The notes: a model not told the origin generated them from the letters alone. Shown: positions 43,640 to 58,695, numbered from the stretch's first letter. The stretch is DNA of 64,000 bases from the human T2T-CHM13v2.0 reference genome, Homo sapiens (GCF_009914755.1 NC_060933.1), one strand, 5' to 3'. Program-made: numbers and translations.

Positions 43640-43756
43640 ATCTCTATCATCTATCAAACCTATCTATCTATTATCTATATCTATCTCTATCAATCATCTC
43701 TTTCTATCATCTATCCATCTTCTATCTTCTTTCTATCTTCTGTCTATATCTATCAT

Positions 43757-43810
<54 letters not shown>

Positions 43811-43812
43811 AT
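43640..43812. repeat. (TCTA)n/GATA tetranucleotide STR with degenerate 5' flank
   Basis: 13 perfect TCTA units at 43757-43808, preceded by decayed units. Confidence 0.95.
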
Positions 43813-44241
43813 CATCTTCAAAACAGATCCCAAAGCAATAGTCTAGCAGAACTAAAGAGAAGATTCCTCAGACTTCCTCTTCAACTGCATTCTTTTCCTG
43901 GTTCCACCTCCCTTTCAGGCCACCACCCCTCTTCATATCACTTCTTCATTTTATACTATATAGCAAGTGTCCTTGTAAGCATGGTCTCTGTGTTCTCTCT
44001 GCCCACCCTCCCATGGCCCCAGTGCAGTCTTCCACAGCTGCCCTTATCTACGTCACCAAGGAATGCACACTTCTCCCAATCCAGGGATCCAGTCCCCTTC
44101 CCTGTCTAACCCAGCACCATCTGGCAGAGCTGGGTATGCTCTCCTCCCCATTTTCCTCCTTGCTTTGGGTGACTCCTTCTCCTCTCCCCAAACCCCAGAT
44201 ATTGGATTACCCCCCAAAATCAGGATTTGGAGTTTGTTTTC

Positions 44242-44242
<1 letters not shown>

Positions 44243-44290
<48 letters not shown>

Positions 44291-44297
44291 ATCTATC
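44243..44297. repeat. (TATC)n STR
   Basis: 12 perfect TATC units at 44243-44290. Confidence 0.95.
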
Positions 44298-44799
44298 CAT
44301 AGCTTGCCACACTAGATAAATGGCCATATCCTCATCAGCTAGAGAGCACTGGAGAGAAGCAATCAGGCAGGAGGGTCACACACGTGATTCAGGATGCCTG
44401 AAGCCTGGCAGCAGCATTACACCAAACCAAAGGTCTGCTGAGTAACAGAATAAGGTGGTGTCAACAGACTCCATCAAATGCAGGAGATCCCTTTTACAAA
44501 TGGATCTATATGATGCAGATTCATCTTGTTCACCAACCCTGACCCCAAACATAACTGCCTGAAATATGAGCTAGTTTCTACTTACACAAGTCTTTGACTG
44601 ATGTCCATAGTCACATGCCCACCTATTCCTAGTGGGTACCAGGAAACAGTGGGTGAACAGAGCATGTGCTAACCAGGTATCTGAGTTTCCCTATAAACCA
44701 TGATATTCAATGTCTTCCATGAGAACTTGTCAAGTACACCAGCTTCTCTTTTAAAGTCTCAAACCTATTGAATTCATGGAAGAATTTGCAACACTTAGA

Positions 44800-45130
44800 A
44801 TTAGGTTCTTCTGCAAGTGACAAGTAAATTCGAGATAGTTTCTACTTCTTGTAGGTGGAAGTTAATTTCTCTCACACATAAATCAAGCCTAGAGGTTTTA
44901 GCAGCACCACATGCTGGAAAGCAAGAGGAAGCAATGAATGAAGAAGACAGCAAAGGGTGAAGGTTGCTGGATCTTAAGGACTGCTCCAAGAAGTTGAAAT
45001 ATTCTGAAGCCCTTTGTGATGTGAGTCACACAAACATGTGTAGCTGCAAGGGAAGCTGGGAAATGCAGTCTTTGTTCTAAACAGCCATGTGCTCATCTAA
45101 TATTATATTACCCTGGGAGAACAAATTGTT
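44800..45130 (-). mobile_element. Ancient MLT1-type LTR fragment
   Basis: TTAGGTTCTTCTGCAAGTGACA...AGCTGCAAGGGAAGCTGGGAAATGCAGTCTTT...CAGCCATGTGC. Confidence 0.6.
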
Positions 45131-46009
45131 AGTAATAACAAACCACTGACTTTAAGTTTCACCTTGTAATTTTCCAATGTTTAACATACTCTACAAAGAT
45201 AGCATAATTTAAATTCTGGTGATGATTTAGAACATCTCTGTTGATTCATTTCAACATTTCAACATGTTTCAATAGTCTTTGATCATCCACAATGAATTCT
45301 AAATAAGTTCCTGTATTTCATCTACCTCTATCCAACATTCTCCAAGTTTAAAAATATTATAGACTAAAATAAAGCACATTGTAAACTAAACTCTGGTACT
45401 GAATTTACTAATTTTTGTGAGATATATATCAATTAAGAATGTTTAACACAATAGTTGATACACCACCATACTGTTGGCAATAATTCATTATCATTCTAAA
45501 TGGTAGGGCTTTGAAATGTGTTTATTTTTGCCTTAATTCTGCTCCAAATTTCTACCCCAATAAGACTTTCCTCTCAGTAGCTCCATCTGCTAATTGAAAT
45601 TTTGTTTTAAGAAACCATGGTAACACATGTTTTGCCATAACACAGAGTGGAGGAATTAATTCCACGTTCTTTGGCCAAAGCCAAGCCTTCTGCAAAACAC
45701 AAAGGCAATAAAAATATCAGAAGCAGTATTTCTTAAGAAAACCAAACACGGATTTTTGTAATTGATGAACTGCCCCCAAACAGTGGCTAGCATACCTTTA
45801 TAAAACGCATGCTTTGAGCCTCCAGTAGAGCGAGTTGAGTCAATTGCACTCCTCAGTCTGTGGAATGTAATTAGCATCCGTGTGTGCAAGGAGTGTCTCC
45901 AGTTTCATGTCGCTGCCCCCTTCAGACCTCTCCATCCCTCTCCTACTCCCTTTTCCACCCGGCACCTTCCAAGTTGCTGTGTCTTAGGCTTAGATGTGCT
46001 TGCCCCGTT

Positions 46010-48537
46010 GTAGTGTGGGGTGTGTGTGTGTGTGTGTCTGGTGTGTGTGAGAATGTGTGTGTTTATGTCGGTTGTGTGGTCTATGTGAGTGTGAGTGCAT
46101 GGTGTCTGTGAGGGGTGTGTGCAGTGTGGGGCGTGTTTGTGTGTGTGATATGTGTGTACAGTATGTATGTATGTGGTGTGTGTAAATGTGTGAATGTATG
46201 TGGCATATGTGAGTGATGTGTGTGGTGCAGGGTGTGTTTATGAGTGTGTGGTGTGTTTATGTGGTGTGTGTATGGTATGTGTGAGTGTGTGGTGTATGTG
46301 GTGTGTATGAGATGTGTGAGTGTGTGTTTATATGATGTGTGTGTTTATATGATGTGTGATGTGGTATGAGTGTGTGTGGTGTGTGGAATGTGTAAGTAAA
46401 GTGTGTGTGAGTGTGTGTTGTTTACGTGGTGTGTGTGATTGTGAGTGTGTGATATGTGTATTGTGCATTAGTGTGTATGTGTGTTTATGCGGTGTGTGGT
46501 ATGAGTGTATGTGGTGTGTGTGTAGTGTGTGCTGTGTGTTTATGTGGTGTGTGGTGTGTGTGGTGTTCCTGGTGTGTGTAGTGTGCGTGAGTGTGGTATG
46601 TGTTTATGTGGTGTGTGTGGTGTGTAGCATGTGTGAGTGTGGTGTGTGTGGCATGTGTGCTTTGTGCTTATATGCTGTGTGTGAGTGTAAGTGTAAGGTA
46701 TGTGTGGCATGTGTGTGTGGTATATGTATGAGGTGTGTGTGGTGTACGTGATGTATGTGGTGAGTGTGGCATGTGTGGTGTGTGGTGTGTTTATGTGGTG
46801 TATGTGACTGTGAGTGTGTGCTATGTGTTGTGTGTGTGATATGTGTGGTACGTGTAATGCATATGATGTGTGTACTGTGTGTTTATGTGGTGTGTGTCAG
46901 TGTATGATATACATGGCGTGTTCGAGTGTGGTGTGTGTGTGCTGTTTGTGATGTATGTGGTGAGTGTAGTGTGTGTGCTGTGTGTGATGTATGTGGTGAG
47001 TGTAGCGTGTGTGAGTGTGTGGTGTGTGTGGTGTGTGTGATGTGTGTATGTGGTGAGTGTGGCATGTGTGAGTGTGTGGTGTGTGTGCTGTGTGTGATGT
47101 GTGTATGTGACGAGTATGGCATGTATGAGTGTGGTGTGTGTGGTGTGTGTGGTGTATGTGGTGAGTGTGACGTGTGTGTGGTGTGAGTGTGTGCTGTGTG
47201 TGGTGTATGTGGTGAGTGTGGCGTGAGTATGTGCTGTGTGTGGTGTGTGTATGTGGTGAGTGTGGTGTATGTGAGTGTGTGCTGTGTGTGGTGTGTGTAT
47301 GTGGTGAGTGTGGCGTGAGTGTGTGGTGTGAATGTGTGCTGTGTGTGCTGTGTGTATGTGGTGAGTGTGGTGTGTGTGTGTGCTGTGTGTATGTGGTAAG
47401 TGTGGCGTGTGTGTGTGCTGTGTGTGGTGTGTGTATGTGGTGAGTGTGGCGTGAGTGTGTGGTGTGAATGTGTGCTGTGTGTGATGTGTGTATGTGGTGA
47501 GTGTGGTGTGTGTGTGCTGTATGTGGTGAGTGTGTGGTGTTGAGTGTGGTGTGTGTGGTGTGAGTGTGGCGTGTATGAGTGTGTGATGTGTGTGTTGTGT
47601 GTGATGTGTGTATGTGGTGAGTGTGACGTGTGTGTGGTGTGTGCTGTGTGTGCTGTATGTGATGAGTGTGGCACGTATGAGTGTGGTGTGTGTGTTGTGT
47701 GTGGTGCATGTATGTGGTGAGTGTGACGTGTGTGTGTGGTGTGTGTGCTGTGTGTGGCATATGTGGTGAGTGTGGCACGTGTGTGTGCTGTGTGTGATGT
47801 GTGTATGTGGTAAGTGTGGTGTGTGTGGTGTGTGTGCTGTGTGTGGTGTGTGTATGTGGTGAGTGTGGCGTGTGTGAGTGTGTGGTGTGTGTGCTGTGTG
47901 TGATGTGTGTATGTGGTGAGTGTGGTGTGTGTGTGTGCTGTGTGTATGTGGTGTGTGGTGTTGAGTGTGGTGTGTGTGTGTGGTGTGAGTGTGGCATGTG
48001 TGTGTGGTGTGAGTGTGGCGTGTGTGTGTGCTGTGTGTGTGTGTGATGTGTGTATGTGGTGAGTGTGGCATGTGTGTGTGGTGTGTGTGCTGTGTGTGAT
48101 GTGTGTGTGGTGTTTATGTGATGAGTGTGGCGTGTATGAGTGTGGTGTGTGTGGTGTGTGCTGTGTGATGTATGTGGTGAGTGTGGTGTGTGTGTGGTGT
48201 GCATGCTGTGCGTGGTGTATGTGATGAGTGTGGTGTGTGTGGTGTGTGCTGTGTGATGTATGTGGTGAGTGTGGTGTGTGAGTGTGTGCTGTGTGCTGTG
48301 TGTATGTGGTCAGTGTGTGGTGTTGAGTGTGGCATGAGTGTGTGGCATGAGTGTGGCGTGTGAGTGTGTGGTGTGAGTGTGGCGTGTGTGTGTGGTGTGA
48401 GTGTGGAGTGTGTGTGGTGTGAGTGTGGCATGTGTGGGGTGTGTGTGGTGTGAGTGTGGCGTGTGTGAGTGTGTGGTATGAGTGTGGCGTGAGTGTGTGG
48501 TGTGAGTGTGGCGTGTGTGAGTGTGTGGTGTGAGTGC
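46010..48537. repeat. 2.5-kb TG-rich degenerate minisatellite/VNTR
   Basis: Continuous (TG/TGG) sequence with ~27 copies of an ATGTGGTGAGTGT anchor (a few 1-2 nt variants) between ~46755 and ~48310. Confidence 0.95.
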
Positions 48538-49255
48538 ACGAAAGTGGTTCTGGACTTTCTTCCCTGGCTGCACTATGTTTTTAGTGCCCTCATGTATTTC
48601 AAAACATGCCGCCACCTATTTTAATTTTCCATCCTCCCCAAGATCATCACGCTGGCTGCCAACTCCCAGCCACAGCTCAGCGCCCCAAGCGGTGCTGCAC
48701 CTGTCCCTCTCAGCCTGCTTGCAGATTCCTCTGGGACACGCAGCCCACAGTGTGCCTCAGAGATAAAGCTGACCACACTCTTCACTTCAGTCCCTCGTTC
48801 GGGTCAGCGTCCTAGCAGAAAGTGGAAAAGGCCTCCTCCACTAGGGTAAGTGGAGGAGAGTTTAATAAGGAGATCATGCAAAAAAATACCACCTGGAAAC
48901 CACAAGGGCTGGTGCAAAACCCTGGGGCTGGACACACCCTGGGCCCTACAGTGAGAGGGGAGGGTCCTGCAGAGAAGCCACCCTGGCAGGAGCAGTGGCC
49001 CCAACAGAGAGTCCCTGCCTGCCTAAGGCAGCTTGACCCTTCACCTGCCTCCCACCTCCAATTCCCCCAGGTGAGCCCACCACAGGGCAGCCACAGCGAC
49101 AGAGAGGGACCATGCGGGCAAAGCCAGCTGCATTCCAAGTTGTAGTAAGTTTTGTCATTATGAACTCCATTCACCAAAAATCGCGGTGCACACACAGTCA
49201 AGTGGGCTCCTGGGAGGCCACCACCACTGAAAACAAACAAAAGTTGTGGGTTCTG

Positions 49256-50059
<804 letters not shown>

Positions 50060-50119
50060 TCAGGACTCACTCCAACTAATTAGATCAGAATCTCTGTGGC
50101 TGAGACCTGATATTGCCGT

Positions 50120-50312
50120 AGTGTGAGCATGTGCGTGTGCATATGTGTATATGAGTGTGCATGTGTGAGCATATGGGTGAGTGATTGGGTGCGTGTACAC
50201 ACGTGTGAGTGAGTATGCATGTGCACATGCATATGTGTGTACATGTGTATGTGTGTATGGAGGTGTATGTGCATATGTGTGTGTCTACAAGTGTGTCTGT
50301 GTGCATGTGTGT
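50120..50312. repeat. Alternating purine-pyrimidine (TG/CA/TA) low-complexity tract
   Basis: GTGTGAGCATGTGCGTGTGCATATGTG... Confidence 0.8.
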
Positions 50313-51279
50313 TCCTTTTTAAATCTTAAAGGAAAACATAAGTAATTTCTAGACCTAGTCAGTGGCACCAAATTGCCATAACAGGCCATCTGGAGAAGAA
50401 TGGGGGAAGGAGGAAGGGAGACCACGGCAGCCATGCACCAGGTGTTGAACACCTCTTTTCTGTTCCATCCTCATCTTGTACTGACCAACACAGACAAAGA
50501 GCAGCTGGCTCCACAGAGAAGAGGCAACCGCCTGGCCACGTGGCCCATGCATGGCCGAAATTTTGCTGGCAAGTGCCTCCACCATCAAAGATATCGCTAC
50601 CCCCTGTGGAGGAGCCTCTGGGAGGCACCCAGGAGGGCGTGAAGACATTTTTCAATTACCATTCAACAAGGTGTCCAATTAAGAACATGGCACAGCTCCA
50701 AGCCTCCACGTGGCTTCTGCCTCCAGAAACAATGCCACCTGCAGAGGTAACAGGCTGGCTCTAAAAACTGAAATCCGTTACTTTAACATAGTTTTAATGA
50801 GTTTTCTAAAGTAACATTATTCTTCATCTTTTTTAACTTACTGCATTTGAAAAGTGAAATCAAATTGTTTTTAAAACAAATATTCTTTTGTAAATCCTAA
50901 ATCAGGATTCTTGTCTACAAATTAAGCTAGTCCAAGTTCACTCTAATAACTTGGGTTTGCCTGGTGTTTGCAGTTTTCAGAGCTCCCCCACGTGTTAATC
51001 CTACAGGTACCAGAAGCCTTCACTGAGTGTATTGGCTGACCCATGCCGGCCAGATACGTTCTAAGACTTAGTCCTTTTAATTCTCCCAGCCATGCGGAGC
51101 CCTTTTAACTCTCCCACCCATGCTTAACTGTACTATCCTCTTACAATTAAGTAAAGGTAACGAGTGAATTTAGTGTCTTGGACTGAGTTTCTTCCTTGTA
51201 CCAGGCTGGACTGGATTCCAGAACATCCAGGGATTCTGAGTGCTTCCCCTACACCTCTCCCACCCATTTACTCTCCATA

Positions 51280-51918
<639 letters not shown>

Positions 51919-52872
51919 AGACACAAAAATCAAATCAAGAAAACCATTCCATTTACAATAACATCAAAAGAATAAAATACTTAAGAATGCATTTAACCAA
52001 AGAAGTGCAAGACTTATACACTGAAAGCTACAAAGCACCGTGGACAAAAATTAAAGACCTAAATGTAGGAAGACACCCTGTGTTCATGGATTGAAATACT
52101 TAATATTGTGAAGATGGCAAAACTTACCAAATAGGTCTTCAGATTCAACATAATCCCTAGTTAAATTCCAACTGCAAAAAAAGAGTTTATTGCAGAAGTT
52201 GATAAGCTGATTCTAAAATTCATATGGAAATGCAAAGGACTCAGAATGCCAAAACAATCTTGAAAAAGAAGAACAAGTTGGAGGACTCACTTCTGATTTC
52301 AAAACTTACCACAAAGTTACAGTAATTAAGGCTGTGTGATAATAGAATAAGAATAGAATAAGATAATAAGACATGGATCAATGAAATAATGAAATAGTAT
52401 TGAGAATCCAGAAACAAACTCGATTTGTTTTGGGCAACTGATTTTCACCCAGGGGTACCAAGACAATTCAATGGCAGAAAGAGCAGTCTTCTCAAAAAAT
52501 GATGCTGAGACAACTGCATATCCACATGTAAAAGAATGAAGTTAGACTCCTCATACCATATACAAAAAATTAACTCAAAATGAAGTAAAGAGCTGAAGGC
52601 AGGACCTAAGACTATAAAACTTGAGGAAGAAAAAACAGGCATAATTCTTTGTGACATTTGATTGGGTAACAATAGTGTCTTAGATATGATCTCCAAAGTA
52701 CGAGGAACCAAAGGGGGGAAAAAAAGACAAACTGGCTGTCAACAAAATTAAAAATGTTTGTGCTTCAAAGAACACTATCAAGAAAGTAAAAAAAACTCAT
52801 AGAATGGAAGAAAATATTTCCAAATCATATAGCCAGTAAAGGTCTAGGATCCAGAATATATAAAGAAGTCTT

Positions 52873-53505
<633 letters not shown>

Positions 53506-54238
53506 GACAAATAATTTGATGGGAAAGGGATTAGAATAGACATTTCTCCAAAGAAGATGTAATAATTAGTAAAATGCAAATCAAAACAAAAATGAGATCC
53601 TATTTCATACCCACTAGGATAGCTATAACCAAAAAGTCAAATAATAAGAAGTGGTGACCAAGATATGGAGGAGCTGGAATCATCATGTATTGCTGGTAAG
53701 AATGTAAAATGGTGTTGCTCCTTTGGGAAACTGTGTGAAAATTCCTCAAAACTTAAACATGGAGTCACCATATGACCCAGGAGTTCCACTCCTTGTTATA
53801 TATCCAAAAAAAATGGAAACATAGGTTCATCGCAGAAACTTATCCACAGTGTTTGCAATAGAATCATTTATAATCACCAAAAAGGAGAATCAAACCAAAT
53901 CTATTCATCAATTGATGAATAGATAAAATACAGTATATCCCCACAATGGAATAGTGTTCAGCCATAAAAAGAAAAGTACTGATGGATGAAATTTGAAAAC
54001 ATTATGCTAAGTGAAACAAGTCAGATAAAAAAGATCCTCACATATTTTATATTATTACATTTGTGTGAAATGTCCAGAATAGGCAAATCCTTAGAGACAG
54101 AAAGTTGATTAGTCTCAAAATAAATACATAAATAAAGCTGTTACTTTTCAGTAAGTAGTTTTGGTGCAGTGTCAGTATAAATTGAAAATACACAGTTTAT
54201 AAAATTGTAGGCTTGATACAATCTCATTTTGATTTAAA

Positions 54239-54640
54239 GTGTTTGTGTGTGTGTGTGTATGTGTGGTGTGTGTATTTGTGGTGTGGTGTGTATGTGTGGA
54301 GTGTGCATGTATATGTGTAGTGTGTGGTGTGTTGTGTATGTGGTGTGGGGGGTATGTGGTGTGTGCATGCAGTGTGTGTGTGGTGTGATGCATGCTGTTG
54401 TGTGTGGTGTGTGTATGTGGTGTGTGTGTGCTGTGTGTGTTGTGTTGCGTGTGTGCTGCATGATATGTGTGTGGTGTGTGTGTATGGTGTGTGGTGCACG
54501 TGTGCTGGGTATGTGCTCTGTGGTGTGTGTGTGGCATGTGTGGTGTGTGTGTGTGTGTGTCTTGTGGTGTGTGTGTATGTGCTGCATTGTATGTGTATGG
54601 TGTTTGTGTAGTGTGTGGTATGTGTATGCAGTGTGTGTGC
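54239..54640. repeat. Second TG-rich degenerate tandem repeat
   Basis: (TG/TGG)n low complexity, ~400 bp, same strand polarity as the 46-48.5 kb array but without the GTGAGT anchor. Confidence 0.92.
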
Positions 54641-55429
54641 AGATGGAGGATATGAAGGTATAAAGCAACATTTAAATACAGGTATTATTTATTTTATATT
54701 TTTGCTTACCTTTATTTTCTGTGTCGTATCATGAGATGTATTAAAAATTATTTTAAGGTTTTAAAATAAGGATGTAACTGACCCTGAGGACCATCCCTGT
54801 CTTCATTTCTCTTGATCTTACAAACCATTTCCTCCCTCAGCCCTTCCATCAAGGTCATCAGACTGAAAGACTTAAAACTTCCTACGCGCTCAGAATCTCT
54901 CTTACAATCTGTACTAACACATTTTCTGTCCCGGATAATCTAAAGGAAGAACCAACCATGCACTCCTATCCTAGTAAGCAACATGGAGAATCATGAGGCC
55001 TGGCCCTCCAGGGGTCCTGGCTATGCAAGAAAAAACCTAGTTCCTCATCAGCCACTATCCAGGGGCTCAGCCCCACGTCCTGCTTTTCAGGAGCCCAGCC
55101 TCAGAGCCGTCATGGCCTCATCCACTCCTGGATCTTCAGCATCTACCTTGGCTGGAAGCCTACATGATCATCAGACCCAAAGCCACACCCCACCTGCTCT
55201 GCTAGGGTGGCGCTTCTGCATCCCTTCTCTTAGCCCTGACCAAACCTTTCCAACTGCACCACCTTTGTCCCAACCCAGCAGCTTGATGTTGAGTATTGAA
55301 GAGTCTAACCCTCAGCATTAAGCTGAGCACTAAGACCCAGCAGGCTGTGCTTGGGTCTTCCAAGTGCCAGAAGGAAAGAGCAAGGAGGAGGAAACTGACA
55401 CGCACTGACCTGTCACTATGTTCCTTGCA

Positions 55430-55575
55430 TAAATTATCTTACTTTTTCTTCACAATTGCACAGCAAATATGTTATTGGTGTCATCTCCATTTTAAAATAA
55501 GGAAACTGAGATTCAGAGAGGGTAAATGGCTTGTCCAACACATTGATGAGTAAACCCCAGAACTGGGATTCCAAA
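55430..55575 (-). mobile_element. MIR SINE
   Basis: ATCTCCATTTTAAAATAAGGAAACTGAGATTCAGAGAGGGTAAATGGCTTGTCCAA. Confidence 0.8.
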
Positions 55576-56039
55576 CCCTTACTTCTTCTGCTACTGTTAC
55601 CTATAAGTGCCCCACTGTTTTTTGTTGTTGTTATGAAGTCCTATACCTATACAAGAGATGCAAGATTGAAGCAGAGATCTAGCAGAAACTCTGCCAGCTG
55701 GAAGGAAGAGCACATTGAATCAGTTCCATGGGTGAATCATGAGTGAGGGAATCAAATACCTGATGTGTGAGGGCTGACACTGGGGACAATGCAAAGATAA
55801 ATAGCAAGAATTGGGTTGAGGGAATCAGGAAAGATATCGACCAGAGCAGAAAGCTAAGAACATGATAATGCCAGTTTAGGCCTCAGAAGGGGGATGTATG
55901 TGTTTCTGAAAGCCAAAAAAATGACTAGGAGCTCAAACAATTGTATTGATTGTGTGCTGAGGATTAGATGACAACAGAGAAAGGATGACCTAGAATGAGA
56001 GGAATCAGAGAGAAAAAGGCAAACTTCCCTTTGCTTGGG

Positions 56040-56270
56040 CCACTTGCTCTTAGAAGCCAGCCATCATGACATAAAGAAGCCCTAGCAGGACCGTGGAGGC
56101 CCACATGGAGAGGAACCAAAGCCCCAGACAAGCTACCAGCCAACACCCAGCACCACAGAGCCCTCCAAATGCATGCATGCCAGTCATTCCTCCCAGGTGA
56201 CATTGCATGAAATAGAGATGGCAAAGCTCTGCCCAATTCTATATTTTGGAGCAAAATAAATGGCATTGTT
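56040..56270 (+). mobile_element. MLT1F/G/H-like LTR fragment
   Basis: AGAAGCCAGCCATCATG...GGCCCACATGGAGAGGAACC...GAGCAAAATAAATGG. Confidence 0.6.
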
Positions 56271-56314
56271 AAAGGAAGAAAACACCTCCCTGGAAATTTA
56301 AGAGACTGATTCTA

Positions 56315-56460
56315 ACATTCATTTCACAGATGAGAAAACTAAGACTCCAAAAAATTAAATACCTTTCCTAATGTTATATACAGTGGTGGAAGCAAATTTC
56401 CACACAGGTCTTAATGTGAAACTCATCATTTCAGCCCTCATGCTGGATCTATTTTACTAC
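56315..56460 (-). mobile_element. MIR fragment
   Basis: CATTTCACAGATGAGAAAACTAAGACTC. Confidence 0.55.
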
Positions 56461-56966
56461 ACCATCTAAGATGTTACCATTCCTGCAAAATACCTCATGC
56501 TCATGAGAGCACCACCACTTCTGCAAAAAAAGCAGAGCTCTCTGGGATTACCTACTAAGCTATCCTGAAGCTCCTTCAAGGACATCTCAGAAGAATGTGT
56601 GCACACTACACACAAGCACCCCAAACACGACCTGTTTTCAAGTCTCCAGACCTCTTTCTGCTCAAGTATTCTCAGGCAGGCATGCACTCCTACTCTTTCC
56701 TGCCCTCTGCAGCCCCACTACTCATGCAAAGACGACTGAAACGCATTCAGCTTCATGACTTAAGTCGAGCTAAAATTAATTTTTCTCAAAGTTAACTGTT
56801 TTGTAATAACCAATTATTTTGCCTTACCTTTCTTAAAATTTCTTTTATCCTGCCTTATAAAAGTTGTTCTTCTCATTTGGAAATGGTGTTTATGTAACTT
56901 ATAATTAAAAATAATCTGGATTAATTTATTTGTCAAATAAATGCTCTTTTTAAAAGAAATTCACAA

Positions 56967-57106
56967 GCCAGACACAGTGTGGTGCACGCCTGTAGTCCCA
57001 GTGACTTGGGAGGCTGAAGTGGGAGGATCAATTGAATCTAAGAATATGAGGCCAGCCTGGAAAACATAAGGAGATCCCCATCTCTATTTTTAAAAACAAA
57101 AAAAAA
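56967..57106 (+). mobile_element. FLAM (free left Alu monomer)
   Basis: Single ~130-bp monomer; TSD AAAAGAAATTCA. Confidence 0.8.
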
Positions 57107-57327
57107 GAAATTCAAAATGATAATATGACAGTTTCTTGGCATATATAGAAGTGGCATATTTTATTAAACAATATACTATTAGTTTTATTATTTATATATT
57201 CATATTTATTATTAATATTTGCTATATTAGTCATTTACTTATTGTAGTGGACATCTCTTGGATTGCCTTTCCAACCCTCTTTCTGAAGCTACCCTTTCTT
57301 CTTCTTCTTCTGTATTCCCATAACTAT

Positions 57328-57441
57328 TAGAATGAAAGCTCCCTGGGGACAAGGACATTGCTTTGTTTACTGCTGTATCTCTATACTTAAAACACTGCAA
57401 GGTACCTGGAAGTGCTTCATAAATATTTACTGAATCAATGA
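57328..57441 (+). mobile_element. L2 3' end
   Basis: TAGAATGAAAGCTCCCTGGGGACAAGGAC...TAAATATTTACTGAATCAATGA. Confidence 0.8.
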
Positions 57442-57644
57442 TTTTAGCAAGAAGTCTTCCGCAGTCAAGTGGCCTCAACCCTCTGGATACTAAGTCAATA
57501 AGTGATGTATTAGGAAAGCAACATTTGGAACTGGAATAAGAAAGAATGGTAGTCTCTATCCAACAGACTAAATGGATAATATATACCTTTAGGAGCTCTC
57601 TTGTATATCATGTGAACCCGAGATTCAGAGGAAGCTTATCTTCA

Positions 57645-58695
57645 TGAAAGGCAAGAATTACAGGAAAAGAATAGTCTTTTCAACAAATGGGGTTGGAAAT
57701 ACTGGATATCCACATGCAAAAGAATGAAGTTGGACCTTTCCCCTACCTTCTACTCACTCAAAATCTATTGGAAACCTACATGTAAGAGTTAAAACTAAGA
57801 AACTCTTAGAAGAAGACATGGGGGGAAGCTTTATGACATTGGATTTGGAAATGCTTTCTTGGATAGGACACCATAAGCACAGACAACAAAAGAAAAAAAT
57901 GGAACTTCATAAAAATTAAAAACTTGTATGCATCAAAGGACACGATCAACAGAGTGAAAAGCCAACTACGACATGCAGAATGGGAAAAAGTATTCGAAAA
58001 TCATATATCTGGTAATGGGTTAATATCCAGACTACATAAAGAACTCCTACAACTCAACAACAACAACAAAAAGAACAAACAACACAATTAAACCATGGGC
58101 AAAGCAGGAGTTTGAGACTAGCCTGGGCAACATAGGGAAACACTGTCTCTATAAAAAATAAAAAATTAGCCTGGCTTGTGATGCACACTTGTGGTCCCAG
58201 CTATTTGGGAGGCCAAGAGGGAGGATTACTTGAGCTTGGGAGGTCGAGGCTGCAGTGAGCCGTGATCGCCCCACTGCACTCTAGCTGGGCAACAGACTGA
58301 GACCCTGTCTCTAAAAAACAAAAAATTAAACTAAACCAATAAAATAGGGAAATTATGACACACACTACCACATCAATGAATCTTGAAGACATTATGCCAA
58401 GTGAAATGAGCCAGCAAAAAATGACAAACGATTCCACATATATGAGACACCTGGGGTGGTCAAATTCATACTGACAGAAAGTAAAATGGTGGTCACCATG
58501 AGCTGGGGGAAGGGAGGAATGAGGAGCTGTTGTTTAATGGATAAAGAGACTTAGTTTTGGAAGATGACAAAGTACTGGAGGTGGACAGTGACGACAGTTG
58601 CAGGACAAGGTGAATGCACCTAATGCCACTAAACTGTACACTGACAATGGTTAAAATGGTAAATTTCATGCTATGTAAATTGAAAAAAAAATCAC
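57645..58695 (+). mobile_element. L1MB fragments, with a truncated AluJ at ~58105-58325
   Basis: GTCTTTTCAACAAATGG...CTGGATATCCACATGCAAAAGAATGAAGTTGGAC; 3'UTR AATGCCACTAAACTGTACAC; AluJ GGAGGTCGAGGCTGCAGTGAGCCGTGATCG. Confidence 0.85.

Noticed and set aside
43618-44315. ORFs with YLSI repeats
   Set aside because: Translation of (TCTA)n microsatellites
46755-48310. CRISPR-like pattern of a constant anchor with variable spacers
   Set aside because: Spacers are low-complexity variants of each other, the anchor is not palindromic, the DNA is eukaryotic and there are no cas genes; it is a minisatellite
46821-48539. His/Thr-rich ORFs of 141-435 aa and Cys/Val-rich ORFs
   Set aside because: Artefacts of translating a stop-poor (CA/TG) repeat; open in several frames at once, with no credible promoter or Kozak context
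50534-50554. Adjacent palindromes GGCCACGTGGCC and CCATGCATGG
   Set aside because: Short palindromes are expected by chance in 64 kb; no further supporting context
51073-51123. 23-bp imperfect direct repeat CCTTTTAA(T/C)TCTCCCA(G/C)CCATGC
   Set aside because: Simple slippage duplication with two copies only
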